Of a DNA stretch of 64,000 nucleotides, positions 12,790-24,400 are shown in pieces. Origin of the DNA: Epiperipatus broadwayi (lineage: Eukaryota; Animalia; Onychophora); NCBI GenBank assembly GCA_028023455.1, contig JAQFVV010000011.1, positions 1,116,001-1,180,000 of the forward strand, written 5' to 3'. The notes beneath the pieces are model-generated. The model saw nothing but the letters and a program-made list of their open reading frames with translations. It had not been told where the DNA came from and searched no databases. Each line of letters begins with the position of its first letter. The first letter of the stretch is position 1. A program made the position numbers and the translations under genes.

Positions 12790-14749
12790 ATGTCATAAAA
12801 ATGTTAATTGGACAAAAAGAGCATATACATAAGTAAATTTACTTTATATAAAGGTAGTTACAGGTCTATATATATATAATTCTAGATTAAAACATTTATT
12901 CAGCTGTTCTGGGAATCAAACACCAGATTTCAATTATTATACAGATGTGCTGATCTGAATGATTTGCCTGTTGTGAAGTGAAATTCATATATGACAAATA
13001 ATAAGTAGGAAATTTTATTGCACTTTGAAATATATCTCTAATATAACTTTATATATTTATTTACTTGTGATTTGATTAAACATTATTTATTACCAATATT
13101 TATGTGGACTACTATTAATATTATATATATAACTGTAATTTATGTTAATGTAGAGCATATGTATCACATTACCTGATACAGCTGGTTTAATTAAAATATA
13201 TGTAATCTGTGAACCTGGATGGTTTATTTAATATTATGGTGAGTAATCATCATCATCATTCATAATTATGTTAATTTTTAAATTTAGTCTAAAGAGAATG
13301 GTACATATGCTTTTCATATTGACATAATATATAAATAAACTATATTATATGTTACATACGATAGAGAATATGTGATAAAATATATTATACCAGAGTATAA
13401 AAGAAAGTTAAACATATTATACAGAGTATGTAGACAATTATCAACTATTACAGTAATACACACACTTTGATTTATAAGTATCAATTTTTTTGCTCTCACA
13501 ACTTTCTGATCCCAACCACTTCAGATTAAAACATTAATTATTATTATTATTAATCATTTATTAAACTAAAGATTATCTTTAACCCAGATAACTCATCTAA
13601 TTTTTCCATCAATTTCAGCCATTTTTGTATTGAAATTTATCACTTGCAGGCTTCTTGGTGATTTTGCAGCATCACTTAGTGGCCACAGTATGCATAATCA
13701 AAAACTACCCTTTATTTATATGTTTCAAGAATGAATGGAGTGGAGTAGAAGTTTTAAGTTTTGAAAACTTGGTTTTTGTTGGCATATTATCAAATTCTAA
13801 ATTAACTATTTTATTTATAATTATTAAAGTTCTAACTGATAATTAATTCTATATAAACATTATTATACTCGAAACACTACAATATGGACAGCTAAAGTGA
13901 TATATTTTAAAGTTCAGTGAATTTTTCTCACATATTTTGTGAAATCTAATTCTGCCATAAGAAATGAAATATTGCTCAAAACTATCAAGAATATGATACT
14001 TTGAAAATTATAACCATTTCACATAACAACTGCAAAAACCCAATTATAAACTATGAAATGGTTAGCCATGTTTGAATAGATTATCATTGAATTTCCCCAT
14101 AAAATAATAAAATAAAAAAAGCAGAAATATTTTTCCACTATATACAGTCTATGGTTTATTAACCACAAGTGATTTTGTTATAAGAGATCTAGAATTTTTG
14201 ACTTTATCTAATTCATTAGTAACAAACTTATTAGTTCTTATACAAGATAGGAGGCTTAGATATCAGATGATAAACCATTAATGTTGAAACAAATTTGATT
14301 AGTATTGAAATGTTTATCTTAGTCTGACGATCTTCTATTAAACAGTCAGCCATATAATGATCTATATATATATAGAATTAAATTAAGTAGTGTTAAATAA
14401 TATGCAATAATAATAATTGAAATATTCCAAGTAATATATATGTATTATAATTCATGATAACTTTTGGAAAGAAGTATATAAAATATTGCTGATTTATATT
14501 TACCTGTAACTGATTAAAGGTGTTATCACATAGTCATTACAACAACTACATAATAATTTCTTTACCCTGTCAAAAGCAATTGTTATTTTAACAAAAAGTC
14601 ACTAATTATATATTTTAATTTTCTAAACAGCTGTTCCCAAAAGCTACTATGAATCGTAATACATCTTTTGCCTATGAAAACCTTTATTTCAACAAATAAG
14701 TATTTAAAACAATGAAGACTTTCAGCACTTAAACAAATTCAAACTCCTG

Positions 14750-15350
14750 GCTAATCTTCTTTTGAAATTGTAATTTAAAGACTGTTTAGAAAATTTGAAC
14801 ATTTGTTTATAAAAACTGTCAATCTTTTGTCAAATTTTGTGTTTTTGTTTAAATCTCTCATTCTATGTCTGTTTTTATTGGAATTACTACATTGCAGATT
14901 AAAATGTTTTATTATATTTCTTATTACTTCTCTGTGCAAAGGATTTATCCAGCTTAATCATTTTATTCTTCTTTATATTTTAATTTTTTCAAAAGATATT
15001 ACTGTGCTTTTTTTACATTTGGCACCAGAAATATATCTCTCAGTCTTTAAATAGTTAATATTTTATCTGAGTCATCATTTCTGGCCTACATAAACAAATG
15101 ATCTCTTATTATATAAATATTCAGCATTCATTTTTTAGTTTTGAATTGAATTACTTTCTTACTAATAGTTCTTATTTCCTATACCAACATTTTGGAATTT
15201 GCTTTTTACAAATTCATTTTTAAGTTATTATTTGTTCTAGATAATCAAAATGTTTCATTTTTTTCCTCCAGATTTCCATCCAATATTTACTTCTCTCTTA
15301 GGTTTCATTTTACATTATTGGTATGCTTATAAGATATTTTAAATAATCAA
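14750..15350 (-). mobile_element. Highly decayed LINE (RTE-like) C-terminal fragment
   Basis: Weak motif remnants on the minus strand (RPE, RM...LTK-like spacing) and strong A-skew typical of LINE sense strands. Family uncertain. Confidence 0.3.
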
Positions 15351-15507
15351 TGATTACTAAGTCATTACTATAAATAAATCTATCTAATATTAATGTCTTT
15401 CCCTCACATCTTTTTATATAAATTATTTTTAAGATGCAAATTATTTTAGATAAAATATCTTTTTATTATTATTATTTATACAATCAATACTAATAACATT
15501 TGACTTT

Positions 15508-15574
15508 AAACCACTAAGCATCATTCTGGCTTGCACTGAGTGGCACTATTGTATGGACAGTTTTTGCCTGTTTT
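15508..15574. mobile_element. Family B short fold-back fragment (mirror orientation)
   Basis: aaaccactaagcatca (reverse complement of the B tail) fused to the sense segment ttctggcttgcactgagtggcac...gcctgttttaa. Confidence 0.6.
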
Positions 15575-16204
15575 AATATTTGATGTATAGTGCATTAGTC
15601 CGAGCTTTTAGATGAGAAAGGCAAAAATTGTTTTGAAGATGGATATAGAGTATTTTATTATCTGGTGTTCAGTGATTATGCAACCTTACAGTAGATGGAT
15701 CTAAACTATAGTGAAAATAGCTGCACTTGGAATCATATGGATAAGCTGAGAAAGGCATGTAATAGTGTTATTAATATTAATCTATTTAGACAAAAAATTT
15801 AAAAAAATTACAATTGGCATTTATAAACTTACAAAGCAAGTGTATTAAATTGAATTCAAAAATTTTAGGATTTTTTTAAATTTTCAGTCTATTTAGTTCC
15901 CTGTTTTGAAATTTAAATTCTCACTGACCAAAGCAAAAGGGAAAAACTGGTTGGGAGATATGAATATTATAGCATGTGCCAAATAATGTCCTTTGATTTT
16001 TAAGCCTCTAATAGATGGCTCTAAAATAAGGTGAAACCATTCTTGAAAGCGTATAATTAAGCATATGATCAAGTTATGTTATATTATTGTTGGTACTAAA
16101 TTTTTTACACTAAAAGATAGAAAATGTCTATAGTTGGCACAAAATGGTGGTCTCTAAATATATAAAAACTGATCTGGTGTTATATATATATATATTATTT
16201 ATAC

Positions 16205-16860
16205 TAAATGTAGGGACTTGAACTCGAACTTTCAAGCTCTCTACATATATCCAGTCTATCTTATACAACTGATACACATGACCACATACATGTGAAAAAG
16301 ATAAATGATCTTCAATAAATGTATTTTGTGCTGAATCAGCACTCAACAGTCCCTTATAATTACATTAAGTTTAGTATAGATAATATACATATATTTAAAT
16401 ATTACATATTCTGCTGTATTCTGCCATTCCTCTTCTATATAATTAAATGGAAATTTAAGGTCCTGTGTATGAGGGATCAGATTGATTTAAGGTCACATGG
16501 GTATGATAATAATATTGGTATCAACAAGGGATTTAAGCATTCCATCCTTGGATTTTCAATGAAATGGATGGCTGAAGAGTTGGAGAATGGAGACGACTGA
16601 AGCTTGTCCATTAAAGTTTAAAGATTTGTTATCAATATAAACTGAGAACAGATTGTATATATGTGTGAGAGATGGTGATCTGGATCAACTGATAGTACTG
16701 GTTCAGCACAAAATATGTATATTGGAGATCATCTATCTTTTTCACATGTATGTGGTCATCTATATCAGTTACATGAGACAGATTGTATAGATGCATGGAG
16801 CTTGAAAGTTTGAGTTCAAATTCCTTATAAATGTATATATAATTATGCAAGTGGTTCAAA
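16205..16860. mobile_element. Family A (diverged subfamily) fold-back insertion with degenerate hammerheads
   Basis: 16205-16345 is the reverse complement of ~16690-16830. The sense arm has GTGATC TGG ATCAA CTGATAG TACTG GTT CAGCAC AAAA TATGTA TA TTGGA GATCAT (core mutated). Confidence 0.75.
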
Positions 16861-17499
16861 ACATTGTTTTTATGAATTTCAGGTTGTTTTTTTTGACTTG
16901 AATAGTATGAAAGAGTGAAAGATGGATGCTAAATGTATAATAAAACCATAAAAACCTACAACTCAGTCTAGGGATGGGAATATTATATCACTATCCCATT
17001 TGGAGTCCATTGATTACTCAATTTAACAATAGAAGACTTTAGAGTTGGCTGAAGATAATGGCTCTTGCATATTCATTCCTCTTTTTTTATTTTTATTTAA
17101 CCACAGTTTTTTTGTTAAGTAATATTTAATTTAATAACATGTCGTGGTAATTTTATTTTGTTTTTGATAAAAACAAACAAATTTGTTTCACTCAATAAAA
17201 CATAATATTTTGTTATTTCTTATTCCTTTAGTATTCCCAGTATGCCTAGAATACTTCTTTACTATTGAGAATTTTAAAAGAATCTTTTTGGAATCACAAT
17301 TATTAATCATCCATGCATTTTTTTTATTCATTAATAAAATGCTGTGGTCTTGTTTTAAAAGTTTCATTGGTATTTTGGTCTCAGGCATCCACCATCTTTC
17401 TTCTCATCCCATAGCTAAGCTTATCTAAAAATGATTTAGTAAATGCATACAGTGATTAATGGAAGAACAGATGTGAACTAAAAAAATAATATCAAGCTT

Positions 17500-18060
17500 T
17501 GCCATTCTATTATAGTCATACCTTTAATTGTATTCAATTTTTCAAAATTTATCATTCAGCAGTGACTCTATTAGATTTTATAAAGGCTTCCACATCATAA
17601 ATAGCAGAAAAAATTTGAATGTTTTATATGTATTTACTGAATACAGTAAGGATACGTTGACAAAATAAATTTTCTTGAAGAGATGAATGAAACCAGGTGC
17701 TGTTCTGGTATCTGAGAAGGGAATACCAAATTATAGCCTTATCCTGTCCTTAGTCATGATTTATTATTGACCTAAGTCTATCAATGATTGTGTTTGGATA
17801 TCTTGATTCTTAGTGATCATATATAAATTTAAATACTGTATCAAAGGGTGAAACTGTAAAAAAAAATTTAGCAAATAATGGTGAAATTGACTCAAAATCT
17901 AGTGAAAGAGAACCTGTATTCCATTCCAAGCTGTCAGCAAGGCAGGGTATTGAGTGTGTAGTTTATCATTTCATCTTCTCTATGGCACATCAAACATGTC
18001 ATTTCTACCCGTGCAAAAAAATCATCTATATTTTACAAAAGACAAGATTGTTCATCAGAA
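17500..18060 (-). mobile_element. Decayed RLE-type (R2/R4-like) non-LTR retrotransposon 3' fragment
   Basis: Minus strand gives CLMCHREDEMINYTLNT.P (cf. CRxCxxxxETxxHIxxxCP knuckle), then H*ILSQFHHYL (cf. RHDxVxxxIH) and a possible (N)RPD-like remnant. Confidence 0.4.
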
Positions 18061-18810
18061 TTTAAAGTAACATAGTAGTTTGTCTTAAGGGGTACTATAC
18101 AGTGGATGTAGAAGTTTAAACACTTTTCAGCATTGAGATTTTTTTACAGTAGGAGAACAAGAGAAATTTGATTTATATTTTTTTATTTTGATGAGAGATA
18201 TAATTAAAAAAAGGAGAGTAGAATGTGTGGGGGAGATATCATTTTATTCATAGACGGTTTAAGGAACATATATAAATTGGTTTTCAAGAATTATATTTGT
18301 ACGCTTTAAGTATACACATTACTTCAAAATTAGAATAGGCAAATTACTGATGAAATGTTCCGTAAAAAACTTTATATATGACAGTTCCCGCAATTATCTT
18401 CATTAGTAACAATTTTACTATGACTTACGGTATAAATACTTATTAGACTAAAAATTATTAAATTAATATTACACTTTTAAACTTAATTTACGATTAGTAT
18501 ATTATTATAAACTTCAATCATTCTTCGCATTATATCAACTTCCTGTTCGTTTTCATATCCTCACAATATTAAAGATAAGCGTCCCCGTCCCCCCACTTCT
18601 TTAAACAAGTGGATAAAGTCGTCAAAAAAATTCATGTGATAGCGCAAATGTGTTTCTACTGAATCAACGTCTTCAAGTGGGCGAGATTATTGAACCCCCT
18701 TAAATGTCTTCCATCACCATTTATTATTTACCCACTGTATTTTATTATGATTTAAATTATAAGTATATAGCACTTGCGCATAGTGAATGAATGATGATTA
18801 AAGACGTTTG

Positions 18811-18865
18811 ATAATCTGTACCAACTGATGATACTAGTTCAGAGAAATGTCATCTCGGAGATCAT
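18811..18865 (+). ncRNA. Degenerate family A hammerhead
   Basis: ATAATC TGT ACCAA CTGATGA TACTAGTTCAGA GAAA TGTCATC TCGGA GATCAT. Core motifs are kept but helix II is shortened by deletions. Confidence 0.55.
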
Positions 18866-19479
18866 GTGCCTTTTTCTGAAGCCTTTATTAATTTGTCTGA
18901 AAACTTGAAAGAGGATAATGTTGAGCAGTAAATATACAAATATATGTATTTAATAATTTTGTTTTGAAAGTATAAAATAGATAGATTTCAAATCCAGATC
19001 AAATTATTATGATAACTGGAAATGAGTCACCAGTTCATCATAGTAAAAAGTCCATTCATTATACAACAAGAATTTATAAAACCTTCCTAGTAATTAGAAG
19101 TATAAACTCAGATCCCAAATGGTGTAATAATAATGACTTATTTCTACAAAACAGATGAACTCTAAATATAGACATATTATAGCAATTGATAGTGAACCAG
19201 TAAACTACTATTTTTAATAGATATTAAACGACGACGTGGTTTTTACATAAAAGTATAGATGGAAGTCTTATTCAAAGGCAACATGCCAGAATTTTTTTTT
19301 TGATAGACTCTGAAGGTAATCCATAGTTCATTAAAATTTAAATTTATTTTATTGAATATTTCAAATATTTTGATGAAGACATAACTATGGATTAAAGAAC
19401 TGCTCTTATTTTCTTCTATTAATTAAATTAAATTTAAAAAGGATAGAAATATCTAATTGACATAATTATGATTTTAAAA

Positions 19480-20010
19480 AATATTCAATGGTTTATGGCA
19501 CAGGAGTTTATGAGATTGAATACTGGCAGTGACAAAGAAGGAATAGCAATCCACAGACTTTGAATTCCAGAATCTGCATTTTACAACTGCGTCCAACCAT
19601 ACAAGTTAAATTAAATGGTTTATTGATTGGGAGTTCATAAGAAGTTTGAACATTGGGAGTGAGAGAACTAGAACCATAATAAATGGACATTGAGCCCCAT
19701 TAATCTATCAATGCATTAAAGCATGCATGGAAAAATAACCAAATGATTTATTGTTCAGAGTTCATAAAAAGTTTGAAGCCTGAAAGTGAACTAGCCCCAT
19801 TCCACGAATCTTGAACTCAGAGGTATGTCATATTACCATTGTACCAAACCGCATAGGGACTTACTAATAGTGTGATGACTATTATTACCTGTGATGTTTA
19901 GTGAAGTAATAAAGGGATAGATTCTGGAGCTCAAGCTCTGTGAACTATGGCTTCACATCATCTCTTCCGATACTTGAACTTCCTATGGACTCCTGATCAA
20001 TAAGTTACTC
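19480..20010. mobile_element. Array of ~125-bp tRNA-derived SINE units: three tandem (minus) plus one inverted (plus)
   Basis: Repeated head (tggtacaatggt...ctctgagttcaag...gtgga) and tail (caaacttcttatgaactc...aataaa.catt). Related copies at ~2960 (-), ~3290 (+), ~6860 (-), ~7385 (+), ~28040 (-) and ~59340 (+). Confidence 0.55.
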
Positions 20011-20387
20011 ATTTATACATATATGAGAATCATATATAATAATACATTTTACTTCAAGAAACATGAAAACACAAATTTTTATTTATTTATTTTAGGATAG
20101 GGTATTAACACATCAAAAATCAACACCAACAGTTCTTAACCAATCAAGAGCCATCTCCTCTAAGTTATGTAAAGCAAAGAAGCCAACAGGGGCAAAACTC
20201 TCCATACAGTAGTGTCATGTTTTTTTGTTTAAGGCCAACAGAGGCCTGGTAAATTGGACACTCCTTGTAAGTAATAGGTTATTTATTACATATTTACATG
20301 GTTACTTTCCAAAATCAAACAATTTTTTTATTTGAAAATGAAATTTATTTCAGAAAATCCAAGTTTTTTTTTTTTTTTAGAATTTGA

Positions 20388-20530
20388 ATTATTTATCTTT
20401 TCAACATATGTGTGATCAGATGGGTCACAATATGAAATGGCATGAAGAGTTGAGGGTCGTGTGAAAGTAGAGTTCAAATCCCACATACATTACATATATA
20501 TATGCAGGTTTAAGCCTGTATAATGTATTA
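20388..20530 (+). mobile_element. 5'-truncated family A copy lacking the ribozyme core
   Basis: Starts at attatttatcttttcaa (about 6-10 nt 3' of the predicted cleavage site) and runs to the gcaggtttaagcctgta terminus. Confidence 0.75.
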
Positions 20531-21446
20531 ATTTACAATTTGAATTAATGAAATTAACGAAACCCCCCCCCCCATAAAGAATTAAATTGGAAAAGTCTTA
20601 TAACATTTACATGTTTATTTTGCAAAAACAAATATTTCCTTATCACAAAGTTTTAGTAACAGGAAATGACGTTTTTTAAAGAGCAGTGAATTTGTTTTCA
20701 ATTATCATTCGTGTTAACAATTTCTCAAAATGTTCGAAGATATGTTTTTCATTGGTGTTATTGTCTGGAACTTAAAATAATTAAATTAATAATATATATA
20801 TTCTAAATATAGGAAGCCATTACAAAAAATGGCCTCTCATGGCAAAACAAAAATGGTTAACAATTTTTTATTTTTATAGATAGAAATAAACTACGGAATA
20901 ACTTCTTGACTGACTTATATCTTTTAATTTAGCAGTAAAAATAATATTGCTTTCTCTTTGTCATGTTTTGATTTAAATCCTTCGATCATACATTAAATAT
21001 CTAAGTATATCCTAATAGTCTTCATATTTTCTTTCTGCTTGGTCTCGAGTAAAATTCTATTTTGTTTTCGACTGCATGTAAATTGTATTCCTCACTTTTT
21101 CGTCAGGGCAGGGACCGGCAATGCTAAAAGTCAAAAATCGATATAAATGCATAACTTTCATTTTACTTGAAAAATTATTTTGTCAGAAAATATCAAAAAT
21201 AACTACTGTCACACATTAAGCAAAAATAAAAAAATAATCTTATTTTGAAAATATATTTATTCTTATGTAAGAGGATCTATATTCATAATATATATATATT
21301 ATAATCATAAAAATAATTATATATACAGTAGTATTGTATTACATATAATTATCACAAGAAATAACTAATTTGTTTATTGTATAATCACAGGAATAAGGGA
21401 CTTTACTGTATTAAAAAATAATGGAAAAGTTTTTGCTTTAGAGAAC

Positions 21447-24400
21447 TGTTATGTCTTGACTTGCTATATATTTTATTAATAAAGTTATAGATATGCATGT
21501 GTGTGTATAAGCTGGCCAATACAGGCAATGCTGAATCACTCTAGAAACAATTATATGCAGAAAAAAAGAATTAGACTAACTGTAAGTAACAACATTCTAA
21601 TTTGCATGATAATAAAATCTAACAATATGCAAATTAAAAAAGTTAATAAATTGCCTGCAAAACTTTTTAAATAAAGAGAGAATGTAAAATGGAGTCATCA
21701 TTAACAAAGTTTCACTAGATATCAGAGATGTCCTATCAAACAAGGAACCTATGCCTCCATCAGACTGTCCATCTTCTTGACCTTCACTTTACGGCTAACC
21801 AGATGCAAATTAATATTTAGATATTTTAAAAAATACTCCACTTCAGATTTACATCAAGCTACTCACACAGGCTAAAGTCAGAGACTCAGCCCTTGCACCT
21901 CAGCTGTTACATAGAGACACTTGGGAAAAGATTGAGCTTCCAAATGAATAACCCACATGAATATCAAGACTGTGCAGAATGTGTTCCTTTTTTTTTAATC
22001 TGTATGTTTTAAATACAATGTAAACCTTTCAGTGTATAAGAACACTTCATATTTAAATAAAATTAAAAAAACAAACAAGTAAAGTGAAAAGCAGACTAAT
22101 GAAACTTGAAGTGCAGAATGAAAAACTGATAGTGCAGCTGTAGACCAATATGGAGTTAGATGAGCTCTAGCTAGAGAGATAATATTTATCTATCTACAGA
22201 TATATGAACTGTTCCATGATCAATATTGTTTATTGTTTTCAATTAGCCAGTTGCCAGTTTAACTACTAATTTTAATTACTAACATATATTACTCATAGTG
22301 TGTATGTAGGTGTCAGTTTGAGTTAATTTATGATTGTGGCTACTAGATCATAGACTGGTCCTGTATATATTAAGTGGTGCAGTCAACAGAAGATTACTGC
22401 TACAGTCAACAGTTTAAACCTGTAAATTATTAAGTGCTGCAGTCATCAGAAACCGTGAGAAGATTTGTCCATATACATCAAATAATTAGTATATATGAAG
22501 AGAAATGCAGAACAACATAATAACATTTGATGTGAAAAATCTGGGACAGTGGTAGATATATGTAAACCATGTAAAGAAATACATGTTAATCAAATGGGAT
22601 TATTGACAACAAGCTGAAAATCACCATCCTCTTATGGGTGCAAAGCTGAACGTCCTACAATTAGCAAACTGTTTATGTGATCAGAAGCCACTGGAAGAAA
22701 TCCTATATGAGAAACTATATCTAAAATTAAATGCCTACTTCAAGCCAATAGCATCAAAATTTGCAGTGCATCATTGTTTACATGAAAGAATGCAATCACT
22801 AGATGAAAATATATATGAATATGATTTAATATCATGTACTCTGGTGAAGGAGTGCAATTTTAAAGATTACACTGAAGAGATGTTATCAGATCAGGTATTA
22901 GGAGGACATGAAAGATATGAGAATTAAGATATTTCTAAGAACATCTATGCTAATTTACAATGCTACCATTAAATATGGGATAGCATATGAAGCTATCCTC
23001 CAGCACATGCAAGAATTTAAAAATATGAATGATAAAGCCAAACCAAACATATATATATATATATATATTGTACTGTGTGTGTTCTTAAGATGATCCAGCG
23101 TACTCTATTTGTAGGTTTATCTGAGTTCAAACCTTATTTATCATAAATTTATAATTTTATAATATAAATATTATGTGAATGGACCACACTTTGAGCAGAG
23201 GGGAGAATACCATCGATAAATGATATCCACAGTCAGACCAAACTATGCAATGCATAACACGATCACATTTCCAGACCGTGGCCCACCTCAACTGCTAGAT
23301 TCAAACCCCTACTATCCAAGCACTTTATTTGTTTTGAGGTAAACCTCAGGTGTCAGTCAATTACCAAAGCAATTAACATGCTTTGAACATTGGCAACTAA
23401 TTTGGTGCCTAAGATATCCCATGACTAACTCAATCAATTGTAATACAATAACAAATTGTTTTAATTAGTGGCAAAAAGAATTGATCGACAAAATTAAGCT
23501 TAAAGATAATTTATTTAACTAGATATTTATTATTGTAATTTTTTAAATTTATAACTTAATTAATTTACTCAATGATAATTAATTTACTCAATGATAATTA
23601 CATGTACTAACTACGCACACACTCTGAATTCATATAATAAACTAGAATAGAATACAGGCATTAAATAATACATGGCATTTAAATGAATACATGGAATCAA
23701 TAAAATATAACAAAGAGTATTTACATACACGACATTTCAAAACATGCACATCAATAGTTCTTTAAGCATGCGATAGAGTTCATTATTAATTGACTCTGGG
23801 AGGCTTCAAATTATTGCAATGGCTACTTTACTTAGACATGAAATAAGAAAATGTTATTTATTACCTAGGATTTTGGAACATGGATACTTTTTGCTGTTTG
23901 CAGCTTCAAATGAAACTTCCCAAGCGGTTGGGTTCAAAGCCCTGTGGAGATTTTTATGCTTATTATTTCCCTGGTACTATTCTTAGATACAGTTAGACAT
24001 CAGATGATTTCAGATTGTTATGCAGGCATCACTTTTACCGGACAAATTGCTGATCTTTCATTAGACTAAGGGCTGGAGCAAGATCGTATATTCCTAAAAG
24101 CTGCTCAACACTGCATGGTCTCTGATTGACTGATTGACTGAACTGCAATCTGAACTGATTAATTGACTGAACTGAACTGCAAACTGAACTCTTTAATTAA
24201 CTGAACTGAACTGATTGTCCGATGAAAAAACTGGATTATTTATTAGGATGACCTGTTGTCACTTTGGTGTCCTCTAGCTATATTTGTTGTTGAAATTCCT
24301 TAGATAAGCTTTTAAGCCTGTTGTTGGAGATCTTTTAATTAGTGGCCATTGCAAACTTGTTGTTTTGTGGATTTTGTTTAACTTAGTAGCCATTTCTGAG

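Noticed and set aside
18085-18740. Possible Tc1/Kolobok element (TACAGTGG...CCACTGTA)
   Set aside because: Only 6-9 bp of terminal match and no transposase, which is insufficient.
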